The notes beneath the pieces are model-generated. The model was not told the DNA's origin and ran no database searches. It worked only from the letters and a program-made list of their open reading frames with translations. From assembly GCA_964016885.1 (NCBI GenBank), contig CAXHJY010000244.1, forward strand, positions 13,091 through 77,090: 64,000 nt of DNA, given 5' to 3'. Positions within the stretch are counted from its first letter, which is position 1. Every line of letters begins with the position of its first letter. The DNA is from Eledone cirrhosa (Eukaryota). Positions 17,027 to 31,461 of this stretch are shown here, in pieces. Both the position numbers and the translations under genes were made by a program.

Positions 17027-17169
17027 GAGTTAAACAAGATTCAATGAGTATATCAAAGAATGAGTTTTACAGTAGATTGGAAGCACTCTAGAGAAAAATA
17101 TTTTCCAGAGTTATTAATATAATATTAAATTCAAATATTAATAAAATAGATGTTCTTGTGATCAATTCA

Positions 17170-17235
17170 ATTTTATTATACATATTTCAGAGGTACGTGA
17201 ATCAGGTTCAGCAGTACGTCCTCATCAGATAAAAT
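17170..17235 (-). ncRNA. Type I hammerhead ribozyme-like motif
   Basis: Minus strand: ATTTTAT CTGATGA GGACGTAC...GTACCTCT GAAA TATGTA TA ATAAAAT. 7-bp stem I; stem II has 7 of 8 positions paired. Confidence 0.75.
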
Positions 17236-17302
17236 AGAATGATACATGACATACCCTGAGATGTTAGATGGTTAAGATTTAATCAAGGTAGTGATTAATG
17301 TA

Positions 17303-17412
17303 TGAGAAAATTCAACATTTATACCCGAATAGTGAGAACATGGGAAAACGAGAAAATTCTATTACGTTTTCCCATGTTCTCACTATTAGGGTATAAATGT
17401 TGAGTTTTCTCA
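17303..17412. repeat. ~110-bp near-perfect inverted repeat upstream of the minus-strand hammerhead
   Basis: TGAGAAAATTCAACATTTATACCC..ATAGTGAGAACATGGGAAAACG / CGTTTTCCCATGTTCTCACTAT..GGGTATAAATGTTGAGTTTTCTCA. Confidence 0.9.
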
Positions 17413-17496
17413 AAATCGCATTAGTGATTTGATTATGTGCCTGCTTTATACACATGTATATTCAACCTACTTATCTGTTTTAATAATGGCTTAGAA

Positions 17497-17910
17497 AATT
17501 GGCAGTATTGGTAGAGGGTCGGACGCTATGCTTTGCAGCATAGAGTTACGGCCCTTTACGGTCTGAGTTCAAATCCCGTCGTGGTTAACTTTGCATTTCA
17601 TCGTTACGGGGTCGATAAAATAAAGTACCAGTAATGTACTGGGGTCGATTTAATCGACTTTCCCCACCTACAAAATTGCTGGCCTTGTGCGTATGCAAGA
17701 AATTATTATTATCATTATTTGGTGGTGGATTGGCAGTATCGGTAGAGGGTCGGACGCCATGCTTTGCAGCAAAGAGTTACGGCCCTTTATGGTCTGAGTT
17801 CAATTCCTGCCGTGGTCAACTTTGCCTTTCATACTTACGGGGTCGATAAAATAAAGTACCAGTAATACACTGGGATAATTGCTGGCCTTGTGCCAAAAGT
17901 AGAAACAATT
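17497..17910 (+). mobile_element. Two tandem SINE family 1 copies (17497-17705, 17721-17910)
   Basis: Same SINE head, B-box and body. Confidence 0.9.
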
Positions 17911-18069
17911 ATTTATCTATCTGCCTACCTGTCCATCGGTTGTGGGTATGAAAATACACTCTTGTGTGTGAATACGGAAGAGCCGAACTCCCACTGTCAT
18001 CGCCTCCATCTCTCTCGTCCTCCCCATCATTCTGTGTGCTGAGCAAATGGGGTCACACGTGCTGGTCTC

Positions 18070-18510
18070 CCCCACACAGCCCTGGCGGACAGAATGGAGA
18101 AGGCGTTTCCCCGGAGGATGGTAAGGGAGATGCGCTGGAAGATCAATCCCATCTCGTGAGGCTCACACATGCGGCTTGCCAGCTCAGCGCCTATGGTGGT
18201 GAGTAGGGAGGTAGCTCTAGGGCCAAGGGCACCAGAAGTCTCCACTGCTAAGAGCACGACCGCGACCCTGCCGGAGAGCAACCGGTACTTGGAGATTTTA
18301 CCCTCCTCAGCCCGAAGTGCAGCAGATCTTGGGTTGGTAGCTCTAGGGCCAAGGACACCAGAAGTCTCCACTGCTAAGAGCACGACCGCGACCCTGCTGG
18401 AGAGCAACCGGTACTTGGAGATTTTACCCTCCTCAACCCGAAGTGCAGCAGAACTTGGGTTGGTCGCAGACTGCACCAGGTTGCTGCTAGGAGAAGAGTC
18501 GCTGCAAATG
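18070..18510 (-). mobile_element. 3' fragment of a CRE/NeSL-like non-LTR retrotransposon (restriction-like endonuclease C-terminus) with 126-bp internal duplication
   Basis: Translation AALRAEEGKISKY...LAVETSGALGPRA...IFQRISLTILRGNA matches the typical CRE C-terminal pattern. Duplicated unit starts at 18211 and 18337. Confidence 0.75.
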
Positions 18511-18699
18511 GCAGGACAAATGACTGCTTTTACAGATATTTTCTGCGTTTGGGATTTTCAGCATCTTCTAGGAATATATGTATACAAACATGTATAAAGA
18601 CTTTAACAGGATTCTAATAAATATTGCTTTTACAGGTAATATTTATTACATGTATACATTTTGGTAGGGGACACCTTGTTAATATATATGAAGATGCAC

Positions 18700-19595
18700 A
18701 CATACACACATCCACAGATACACACACACACACACACATGCACGCATCCACACACACACATCCACATACACGCATCCACACACACACGCATCCACACACA
18801 CACACACACACACACACACATCCACACACACACACACATGCACTCATCCACACACACACACATACACACATACATCTACACACAAATCCACACACACATA
18901 CACACACATACATACACACACATACACGCATCCACACACACACATCCACATACACGCATCCACACACACACGCATCCACACACACACACACATACACACA
19001 TCCACACACACACACATGCACTCATCCACACACACACACACATACACACATACACACATACATCTACACACAAATCCACACACACATACACACACACACA
19101 TACACGCATTCACACACACATACACACATACACACACACACATCCACACACATCCACACACACACACACACACACATACATGACTTTATTACGGAACAAC
19201 AACACGTAAAATGTCTATTTCTGTCTAATAAACTTTAATTAATTTGAGGAAGCTGATTGGATGAATTAATTAAAGTAATTATATTTCAGACACACACACA
19301 TACATGCTTACACATACATAAATATACACACACACACACATACACACATATATACATACAGTGATACACAGACGCACACACATACATAGATACACACACA
19401 CACATATATATATATACATTGTCATACACAGACACATACACGCATATATATATACATAGATACACACACACACGCACATACACACACATACACGCACACC
19501 TATACATACAGTGATACACAGACACACATACACACACACATGCAAGCAAATAGACACACAAACACGCATACATACACCCACACACACACACTCAC
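18700..19595. repeat. (CA)n-rich complex microsatellites
   Basis: Direct reading. Confidence 0.9.
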
Positions 19596-19825
19596 TCAAC
19601 TCTATACAAACAACATCACAGAATAATTGTTAGCAAATCTATGCGTGGACAAACAATGTAGCCACCTAGCGGTGAATGCCGGTGCATTAATGGTGGTTTG
19701 ATCACGTGATAGACATCCGGGCTCCAGACGTGATCCGAAGCCCTCGGGGGCGGTGGGAGGCCATCGAGGATGGGTCAAAGTCCTTATATCCAGACAAATT
19801 TAACTCTTTAGCATTTAAACCCCTG

Positions 19826-22800
19826 ATGACCATAGTATCAAAGCTGTGGTCTCTCAATTCGGAGATTCTTTCCTGAGACATTAACCACATGACCATAGTA
19901 TCAGAGCTGTGGTCTCTCAATTCGGAGATTCTTTCCTGAGACATTCTATCCACATGACCATAGGTATCAGAGCTGTGATCTCTCAATCCAGAGATTCTTT
20001 CCTGAGACATTCTAAACACATGACCATAGTATCAGAACAGTGATATCTCAATCCAGAGGTTCTTTCCTGAGACATTCTAACCACATGACCATAGTATCAG
20101 AGCTGTGATCTCTCAATCCAGAGATTCTTTCCTGAGACATTCTAACCACATGACCATAGGTATCAGAGCTGTGATCTCTCAATCCAGAGATTCTTTCCTG
20201 AGACATTCTAAACACATGACCATAGTATCAGAACAGTGATCTCTCAATCCAGAGATTCTTTCCTGAGACATTCTATCCACATGACCATAGTATCAGAGCT
20301 GTGATCTCTCAATCCAGAGATTCTTTCCTGAGACATTCTAAACACATGACCATAGTATCAGAGCTGTGGTCTCTCAATTCGGAGATTCTTTCCTGAGACA
20401 TTCTAAACACATGACCATAGTATCAGAGCTGTGATCTCTCAATTCGGAGATTCTTTCCTGAGACATTCTATCCACATGACCATAGTATCAGAGCTGTGAT
20501 CTCTCAATCCAGAGATTCTTTCCTGAGACATTCTAACCACATGACCATAGGTATCAGAGCTGTGATCTCTCAATCCAGAGATTCTTTCCTGAGACATTCT
20601 AACCACATGACCATAGTATCAGAACAGTGATCTCTCAATCCAGAGATTCTTTATTGAGACATTCTAACCACATGACCATAGTATCAGAACAGTGATCTCT
20701 CAATCCAGAGATTCTTACCTGAGACATTCTAACCACATGACCATAGTATCAGAGCTGTGATCTCTCAATCCAGAGATTCTTTCCTGAGACATTCTAACCA
20801 CATGACCATAGGTATCAGAGCTGTGATCTCTCAATCCAGAGATTCTTTCCTGAGACATTCTAACCACATGACCATAGTATCAGAACAGTGATCTCTCAAT
20901 CCAGAGATTCTTTATTGAGACATTCTAAACACATGACCATAGTATCAGAACAGTGATCTCTCAATCCAGAGATTCTTTCTTGAGACATTCTAACCGCATG
21001 ACCATAGTATCAGAGCTGTGATCTCTCAATCCAGAGATTCTTTCCTGAGACATTCTAACCACATGACCATAGTATCAGAGCTGTGGTCTCTCAATTCGGA
21101 GATTCTTTCCTGAGACATTCTTACCACATGACCATAGTATCAGAACAGTGATCTCTCAATCCAGAGATTCTTTCTTGAGACATTCTAACCACATGACCAT
21201 AGAATCAGAACAGTGATCTCTCAATCCAGAGATTCTTTCCTGAGACATTCTAACCACATGACCATAGTATCAGAGCTGTGATCTCTTAATCCAGAGATTC
21301 TTTCCTGAGACATTCTAACCACATGACCATAGTATCAGAACAGTGATCTCTCAATCCAGAGATTCTTTCTTGAGACATTCTAAACACATGACCATAGTAT
21401 CAGAACAGTGATCTCTCAATCCAGAGATTCTTTCTTGAGACATTCTAAACACATGACCATAGTATCAGAACAGTGATCTCTCAATCCAGAGATTCTTTCC
21501 TGAGACATCTAACCACATGACCATAGTATCAGAACAGTGATCTCTCAATCCAGAGATTCTTTCTTGAGACATTCTAAACACATGACCATAGTGTCAGAAC
21601 AGTGATCTCTCAATCCAGAGATTCTTTCTTGAGACATTCTAAACACATGACCATAGTATCAGAACAGTGATCTCTCAATCCAGAGATTCTTTCCTGAGAC
21701 ATCTAACCACATGACCATAGTATCAGAACTGTGATCTCTCAATCCAGAGATACTTTCTTGAGACATTCTAACCACATGACCATAGTATCAGAACAGTGAT
21801 CGCCCAATCCAGAGATTCTTTCTTGAGACATTCTAACCACATGACCATAGTATCAGAACAGTGATCTCTCAATCCAGAGATTCTTTCTTGAGACATTCTA
21901 ACCACATGACCATAGTATCAGAACAGTGATCGCCCAATCCAGAGATTCTTTCTTGAGACATTCTAACCACATAACCATAGTATCAGAACAGTGATCTCCC
22001 ACCCAGAGATACTTTCTTGAGACATTCTAACCACATGACCATAGTATCAGAACAGTGATCTCTCAATCCAGAGATTCTTTCTTGAGACATTCTAACCACA
22101 TGACCATAGTATCAGAACAGTGATCTCTCAATCCAGAGATTCTTTCCTGAGACATTCTAACCACATGACCATAGTATCAGAACAGTGATCTCTCAATCCA
22201 GAGATTCTTTCTTGAGACATTCTAAACACATGACCATAGTATCAGAACAGTGATCTCTCAATCCAGAGATTCTTTCTTGAGACATTCTAACCGCATGACC
22301 ATAGTATCAGAGCTGTGATCTCTCAATCCAGAGATTCTTTCCTGAGACATTCTAACCATATGACCATAGTATCAGAGCTGTGATCTCTCAATCCAGAGAT
22401 TCTTTCTTGAGACATTCTAACCGCATGACCATAGTATCAGAGCTGTGATCTCTCAATCCAGAGATTCTTTCCTGAGACATTCTAACCATATGACCATAGT
22501 ATCAGAGCTGTGATCTCTCAATCCAGAGATTCTTTCTTGAGACATTCTAACCGCATGACCATAGTATCAGAGCTGTGATATCTCAATCCAGAGATTCTTT
22601 CCTGAGACATTCTAACCACATGACCATAGTATCAGAACTGTGATCTCTCAATCCAGAGATACTTCCCTGAGACATTCTAACCACATGACCATAGTATCAG
22701 AGCTGTGATCTCTCAATCCAGATATTCTTTCCTGAGACATTCTAACCACATGACCATAGTATCAGAACAGTGATCTCTCAATCCAGAGATTCTTTCTTGA

Positions 22801-23337
22801 GACATTCTAAACACATGACCATAGTATCAGAACAGTGATCTCTCAATCCAGAGATTCTTTCCTGAGACATTTTACCGACATGACCATAGTATCAGAGCTG
22901 TGATCTCTCAATCCAGAGATTCTTTCTTGAGACATTCTAACCACATGACCATAGTATCAGAACAGTGATCTCTCAATCCAGGGATTCTTTCTTGAGACAT
23001 TCTAACCACATGACCATAGTATTAGAGCTTTGATCTCTCAATCCAGAGATTCTTTCCTGAGACATTCTAACCACAGGACCATAGTATCAGAACAGTGATT
23101 TCTCAATCCAGAGATTCTTTCTTCAGACATTCTACCCACATGACCATAGTATCAGAACAGTGATCTTTCAATCCAGAGATTCTTTCCTGAGACATTCTAA
23201 CCACAGGACCATAGTATCAGAACAGTGATTTCTCAATCCAGAGATTCTTTCTTCAGACATTCTAACCACAGGACCATAGTATCAGAGCTGTGATCTCTCA
23301 ATCCAGAGATTCTTTCCTGAGACGTTTTAACCACATG
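19826..23337. repeat. 65-bp satellite array, ~54 copies
   Basis: Unit ATGACCATAGTATCAGA(GC/AC)(T/A)GTGATCTCTCAATCCAGAGATTCTTTC(C/T)TGAGACATTCTAACCAC. Period 65 (e.g. 22101 to 22166). Confidence 0.97.
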
Positions 23338-23614
23338 ATCAGTTTCAATGAGAGATCTCCATTCAGAACTGTTGCAAGTTGTGTCACGATCCATCCATGC
23401 CCTCACCACGGGACAGCCCCTCCCCCCTCTCCTCTGGGGGTGTCAGGTGTTCCTCGACAGATTTGAGATTCTTATCTATTCTGATAACAATAACAAAGAA
23501 ATCTTTTCCAATCGACGCGAGGAATATAAATATAAAAACGAAATATGGTTTCAAAAATAGCGTCCTGGTGTGTCTGTGTATGTGTCTGTGTGTATATATG
23601 TGTGTGTCTGTGTG

Positions 23615-23645
<31 letters not shown>

Positions 23646-23767
23646 CTGTCTGTGTGTGTGTGTATATATATCTGTGTGTCTGTCTGTGCGTGTTTTTATA
23701 TTTCACACGTTTTTAAGGCAATAAGATAATCATCAGTAACATTTTCATATTTATACATTATACATGC

Positions 23768-23819
<52 letters not shown>

Positions 23820-23868
23820 ATATATATATATGTATATGTATGTATATATATATATATATATATGTATG

Positions 23869-23901
<33 letters not shown>

Positions 23902-24106
23902 GTATATATATATATGTATATATATATATATGTATGTACATTATACATATATACATATATATGTACATTATACATATATACATATACATATCTATATATA
24001 TATATACATACATATATATGCTTACACATATATACATACATATATATATATATACATATACATATATATACATATATATATACATATGTATGTGTGTGTA
24101 TGCGTG

Positions 24107-24150
<44 letters not shown>

Positions 24151-24232
24151 TGTGTGCGTGTGTGTGTATACATCTCATATATATATTTAAATATACATAG
24201 ATACACACACACACACAACTACACACCCACTG

Positions 24233-24290
<58 letters not shown>

Positions 24291-24409
24291 TATTTTTATA
24301 TATAATTATATTTTTCCTATCAATTTATCTTAATAAAATGAATTAAAATGTGTTTATAAATTTGATTAAGTGGATTTAGACAATTCGGTTATATTTGTTA
24401 GTTTATATT

Positions 24410-24439
24410 TGTTGTTGGTGGTGGTGGTGGTGGTGGTGG

Positions 24440-24470
<31 letters not shown>

Positions 24471-24863
24471 GGTGGTGGTGGAGTTGGTGCTGGTAGTGTT
24501 GGTGCTGTTGGTGTTGTTGTTGGTGTTGTTGTTGTTGTTGGTGGTGGTGGTGATGTTGGTGGTGGTGTTGTTGTTGTTGGTGATGTTGTTGGTGGTGGTG
24601 GTGGTGGTGGTGGTGTTGTTGGTGGTGGTGCTGGTAGTGGTGCTGTTGGGTTGTTGTTGTTGTTGGTGTTGTTGTTGTTGTTGGTGGTGGTGATGTTGTT
24701 GTTGGTGGTGGTGTTATTGTTGGTGTTGTTGTTGTTGGTGGTGGTGGTGGTGGTGATGTTGATGGTGTTGGTGTTGTTGGTGCTATTGTTGGTGTTGGTG
24801 GTTTTGGTGGTGTTGGTGGTGGTGGTGGTGGCGGTGTTGTTGTTGGTGGTGGTGCTGTTGTTG
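24410..24863. repeat. (GTT/GTG)n trinucleotide repeat
   Basis: Direct reading. Confidence 0.95.
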
Positions 24864-25394
24864 CTCTCAGGTAAAATTCAATTTACGAGTTATAATTACC
24901 TGTGAAGGAGTTGGGTGGAGTGCACGTGTCTGTTTGATTGTCAGAGAGTTTAGAACACGGAATTCGAATTATTTACAATTACTCTAAGTTAACAATAAGT
25001 TAGACAGAGGGGTGGTGTAATCAGTAGAGCGTCGTCGGACAATATGCTTTTCGACATAGAGATACGTCCCTCGTTATCTTCAATTTGGTAGATAAAATAA
25101 AGTATAATCAACTTTCTTTCGCCTCCCCACAAAATTGTTTAACGATTTATCAGATACGTGAGAGCGTAGAGTAGAATGTCTGGTGGCATGTTTTCTGGTT
25201 CTCTGTGCACCAAGTTTAAAACTTATTGAGTACAACTTTACCTTTCATGTTTCCAGACTCCTACTAATTAACTGCTGCGCTAATTAATACTAGCTTGCGT
25301 TATTGGAGATCAATAGAAATCGATTATTTACAAAACCTATATATAAAAATATATTACTCTCTGTACATCAACATTTCCTGCTGACGATGCGTAA

Positions 25395-25800
25395 ATTGTA
25401 TTTTCACAGTAAAGTCTTTACCTCACATAATATCTCACATAACAGTTAAATTACTCTATATATACTATTGTATTTTCACAATAAAGGCTTTACCTCACAT
25501 AATATCTCACATAACATTTACATTACTCTATATATACTATTGTATTTTCACAGTAAAGGCTTTACTTCACATAATATCTCACATAACAGTTAAATGACTC
25601 TATATATACTATTGTATTTTCACAATAAAGGCTTTACCTCACATAATATCTCACATAACATTTACATTACTCTATATATACTATTATATTTTCAGAGTAA
25701 AGGCTTTACCTCACATAATATCTCACATAACATTTACTCTATATTTACTATCATATTTTCATGGTAAAAGATTTACCTCACATAATTACCTCACATAATA
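25395..25800. repeat. 72-bp minisatellite, ~5.5 copies
   Basis: ATTGTATTTTCAC..TAAAGGCTTTACCTCACATAATATCTCACATAAC recurs at 25395, 25467 and onward. Confidence 0.92.
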
Positions 25801-25943
25801 TCGAATATATTAGATTTTGATATAATTTATTTTGAGAACAATACCTTAATGTCAGTATGAGCGGTCGATTTTAGTCGGTTTGAACAGAAAGAGGTGAAAG
25901 AATTCTGGCCGGATACGGCCGGTTTAAATGCTAAAGGGTTAAA

Positions 25944-26236
25944 GTGTTGTCTGTCATAGTTTGTAATTTATGTATGTATATATATTATTGGCCAGGAGGG
26001 CCTAACATACAGTACATTACGGGAGAGTGTTATATACGTGTTGTCTGTCACAGATTGTAACTTATGTATATATATATATTATTGGCCAGGAGGGCCTAAC
26101 ATACAGTACATTACGGGAAAGTGTTATATACGTGTTGTCTGTCATAGATTGTAACTTATGTATATCTATATATTATTGGCCAGGGGGGCCTAACATACAG
26201 TACATTACGGGAGAGTGTTATATACGTGTTGTCTGT
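25944..26236. repeat. ~94-bp tandem repeat, 3 copies
   Basis: GTGTTGTCTGTCA...GGCCAGGAGGGCCTAACATACAGTACATTACGGG occurs three times. Confidence 0.92.
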
Positions 26237-26606
26237 TTTGTAAGAGTTTTTCAATATATTGTGTTATGTTAATCATACCAGATCTTATTGGGTTTCTCTC
26301 TCAAACATCATCTCTTATTTAGATAGCTTCCTTTTTGATACCCATATATAGGTCTGTGTATATATGTGTCAGTAACAGTGTATATGTGTGTGTGTGCTTA
26401 TGTATGTATATATATATATATATATATATATTTATTTATTTATTTATATACATATTTATTTATATATGTACATATACACACGCACACACATATATATACA
26501 TATATATATACATATATACATATATGTATACATATATACACATATATACACATATATACGCATATATATATATACATATATATGTATGTATATATGTATA
26601 TATGTA

Positions 26607-26644
<38 letters not shown>

Positions 26645-26860
26645 CATATATGCATACATATATACATATATACATACATATATACATATATGCATACATA
26701 TATACATATATACATATATACATACATATATACATATATATATAAACACATACTATACACATCTGATATACAGACGCACCTGAATGGATGAACATTGCTC
26801 AAAGAACCGTGACTGAAAGCACGTGCAAAACACATAAGCTGCATTTGTGTCAATGTGAGT

Positions 26861-26903
<43 letters not shown>

Positions 26904-26949
26904 TGCACGTGCGTGTGTGTATGTGTGTGTGTTTAAGCTCATAAGGTCA

Positions 26950-27205
26950 CGTTGTAGCCTTGAGCCAGAGACTTCATTCCACGTCGCTCCAGTTCAATCA
27001 GGCGGCAAAAATCGATTCCGCCTGTAATTCGAAAGGCCAGCTTTGACACATTCTGTGTCAGCCCGAATCTCCCTGAGAACTACGTTAAGGATACACGTGT
27101 CTGTGGAATGCTCAGCCACTTGCACGTTAATTTTACGAGCAGGCTTTTCCTTTGATCATATCAAGTGACGCTGTCTTCGTCGACACTGACGGAGAACCAG
27201 TTATT
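26950..27205 (+). mobile_element. SINE family 2 body
   Basis: Homologous to 56610-56895 (CCTGTAATTCGAA..GCCAG...TGAGAACTACGTTA...GTGGAATGCTCAGCCAC). Confidence 0.75.
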
Positions 27206-27227
27206 CAGACTCGTTATTCGAGGTACA

Positions 27228-29108
27228 TATGTGTATGTATGTGTATGTCTATATATGTGTAAGTCTATCTCTGTGTATATGTATGTGTATGTATGTGTAT
27301 GTGTATGTCTATATATGTGTAAGTCTATCTCTGTGTATATGTATGTGTATGTATGTGTATGTCTATATATGTGTAAGTTTATCTATGTGTATATGTATGT
27401 GTATGTCTGTGTATGTCTATGTATGCCTATATGTATGTATGTGTGTATGTATGTCTGTGTATGTCTATGTATGTGTATGTATGTGTATGTGTATGTCTAT
27501 ATATGTGTAAGTCTATCTATGTGTATATGTATGTGTATGTCTGTGTATGTGTATGTCTATCTATGTGTATGTCTGTATGTCTATGTATGTCTATATGTCT
27601 GTATGTGTGTATGTATGTCCGTGTATGTCTATGTATGTGTATGTCTATCTATGTGTATGTCTATATATGTGTAAGTCTATCTATGTGTATATGTATGTGT
27701 ATGTCTATCTATGTGTATGTGTATGTCTATGTATGTGTATGTATGTGTATGTGTATGTCTATATATGTGTAAGTCTATCTATGTGTATATGTATGTGTAT
27801 GTCTGTGTATGTCTATCTATGTGTATGTGTATGTCTATGTATGTGTATGTATGTGTATGTGTATGTCTATATATGTGTAAGTCTATCTATGTGTATATGT
27901 ATGTGTATGTCTGTGTATGTCTGTCTATGTGTATGTGTATGTCTATGTATGTGTATGTATGTGTATGTGTATGTCTATATATGTGTAAGTCTATCTATGT
28001 GTATATGTATGTGTATGTCTGTGTATGTCTATCTATGTGTATGTCTGTGTATGTCTATGTATGTCTATATGTCTGTGTATGTCTATGTATGTGTATGTCT
28101 CTCTATGTATGTATGTATGTATGTATGTGTGTGTATGTGTATATTATATGTCTGTCTATATATGTATGTGTATATGTCTCTCTATGTATGTGTATATGTC
28201 TGTCTATATATGTATGTATGTATGTCTATATATGTATATGTGTATGTCTCTATATATATATGTGTCTCTATGTATGTATATGTCTCTCTATATATGTATA
28301 TGCGTATGTCTATATATGTATGTGTGTGTATGTCTCTCTATGTATGTATGTATGTTTATATATGTATGTGTGTATATGTCTGTCTATATATGTATATATG
28401 TGTATGTCTATATATGTATGTATGTATATGTGTATGTCTATATATGTATATATGTATATGTCTGTCTATGTATGTATGTGTGTATGTCTGTCTATATATG
28501 TATATGTGTGTGTCTATATATGTATATATGTGTATGTCTCTCTATGTATGTATGTATGTATGTATGTATGTATGTATGTATGTCTATATATGTATATGTG
28601 TATGTCTGTCTATATATGTATATGTCTGTCTATATATGTATATATGTATATATGTATATGTCTATCTATGTATGTATATATGTATATATGTATATGTCTG
28701 TCTATATATGTATATATGTATGTATGTATATATATGTATATATGTATATGTCTGTCTATATATGCATATATGTATATATGTATATGTCTCTCTATATATG
28801 TATATACGTATATATGTATATACGTATATGCCTGTCTATATATGTATATATGTATATGTCTGTCTATATATGTATATATGTATATATGTATATGTCTGTC
28901 TATGTATGTATATATATGTATATGTCTGTCTATATATGTATATATGTATATATGTATATATGTATATGTCTGTCTATATATGTATATATATGTATATGTC
29001 TGTCTATATATGTATATATGTATACATGTATATATGTATATGTCTGTCTATATATGTATATATGTATGTATGTATATATGTATATGTCTGTCTATGTATG
29101 TATATATG

Positions 29109-29139
<31 letters not shown>

Positions 29140-29482
29140 GTATATATGTATATGTCTGTCTATGTATACATGCATATGTGTCACCTTCACGATAAGACTT
29201 CCAGATCTTGTCAAAGAAATTGACTGGAGTTTTGTTGAAGAAATCTTCAACAACTTATTTTAAGAATCATGTTGATGACTTCATATATTTCCCTCATCGA
29301 CCACTTAATCTCCTTTTCCACACACATATCGATCACCACTGAATATAGATTAGTTTCTTTTTTTATCTGCTGTAGGTGGCATTCAAAATGTTTTATGCAA
29401 AAAGCCATAAAAAAAACATGTATTTTTATAAGTACGCATGGATATACATGTGTATATATATATGTATATATATGTATATATG

Positions 29483-29517
<35 letters not shown>

Positions 29518-29662
29518 ATATATATGTTTATATATATATGTTCATATATATATATATATATGTGTGTGTGTGTATATATATATATATGTATGTGTATATA
29601 TATATATGTATGTATAGATATATGTATATATATAGATATACATATATATATATGTATGTATG

Positions 29663-29693
<31 letters not shown>

Positions 29694-29750
29694 GTATGTA
29701 TAGATATATGTATATATATAGATATACATATATATATATATGTATGTATG

Positions 29751-29783
<33 letters not shown>

Positions 29784-29788
29784 GTATG

Positions 29789-29829
<41 letters not shown>

Positions 29830-29830
29830 G

Positions 29831-29895
<65 letters not shown>

Positions 29896-29901
29896 GTATG
29901 G

Positions 29902-29971
<70 letters not shown>

Positions 29972-30145
29972 ATATATACATATATATATATAAACATATA
30001 TATATATATGTATATATATATGCGTATATATATATATATATGTGTATATATATATACATACATATATATATACATACATATATATATACATACATATACA
30101 TACATATATATATATACATACATATACATACATATATATGCATAC

Positions 30146-30182
<37 letters not shown>

Positions 30183-30185
30183 TAC

Positions 30186-30218
<33 letters not shown>

Positions 30219-30408
30219 CATACATATATATATATATACATACATATATATATATATACATACATATATATATACATACATACATATATATATATATACA
30301 TACATATATATATACATACATACATATACATACATATATATATACATACATATATATATACATACATACATATATACATACATATATATATATATATATA
30401 CATACATA

Positions 30409-30447
<39 letters not shown>
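27228..30447. repeat. Complex (TATG/TGTC/TA)n arrays with a unique island at ~29175-29445
   Basis: Direct reading. Confidence 0.92.
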
Positions 30448-30477
30448 GTGTGTTAAGTAATAATTCCGAAGAAAAAG

Positions 30478-30656
30478 CAAAGGAAAAAAAGAGTGCTCTA
30501 TGTATAAAACAGAGCTATTTAATCAGAAAGTAAACAACACAAAATATAACTAATCCATTACCAAAGGTTTCAGGACACAGACATGTGTCAATATTGTCTG
30601 TGTCCTGAAACGTTTGGTAATGTAGTAGTTATATATGGTGTTGTTTACTTTCTCAA
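30478..30656. mobile_element. Fold-back derivative of the 33630-33830 hammerhead element
   Basis: Palindrome centred on AGACA-tgtgtcaatat-TGTCT. Both arms carry GAAAC(C/G)TTTGGTAATG. Confidence 0.85.
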
Positions 30657-30672
30657 TATATATATATGTGTG

Positions 30673-30755
<83 letters not shown>

Positions 30756-30756
30756 G

Positions 30757-30807
<51 letters not shown>

Positions 30808-30832
30808 GTATATATATATATGTATATATATG

Positions 30833-30901
<69 letters not shown>

Positions 30902-30942
30902 GTATATATATATGTATATATATATATGTATATATATATATG

Positions 30943-31025
<83 letters not shown>

Positions 31026-31032
31026 GTATATG

Positions 31033-31090
<58 letters not shown>

Positions 31091-31136
31091 CATGATACAT
31101 ACATACATAGATACATATATATATATATATATATAT

Positions 31137-31358
31137 GACAGTCGATTGACTTTCGTCAAATCGGACCGAGGAAACAATGTTTCCATTGGTCTTTCCAATT
31201 GCTAATACTATCTATCGGTCGCAACTCCAGGTAGAAGGAGCAACGTGAAATAAAATGTCTTGCCCAAGGACATAACACATCGCCCGGTCCAGGAATCGAA
31301 CTCACAACCTCATGATTGAGAGCTCAATTCTCTTACCACTCAGCCACGCGCCTTCACT
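31137..31358 (-). mobile_element. tRNA-derived SINE family 3 (full head)
   Basis: Minus strand: A-box-like TGGCTGAGTGG, B-box GAGTTCGATTCC, then CCTTGGGCAAGAC. Body homologous to 48795-48924 and 52705-52812. Confidence 0.85.
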
Positions 31359-31414
31359 ATATATATACATATCACTACATATATATACATACCTAAATAT
31401 CACTACATATATAC

Positions 31415-31461
<47 letters not shown>

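Noticed and set aside
19826-23337. Regular arrays (also 5735-6562, 14585-15550) as CRISPR
   Set aside because: No unique spacers, whole units repeat, no cas genes, eukaryotic context.
23692-23745. Minus-strand CTGATGA...GAAA TATA hammerhead candidate
   Set aside because: No convincing stem II and no UH site; possibly decayed but not supportable.
31270-31358. tRNA gene
   Set aside because: A/B boxes continue into a SINE body found elsewhere in the window; it is a SINE head.
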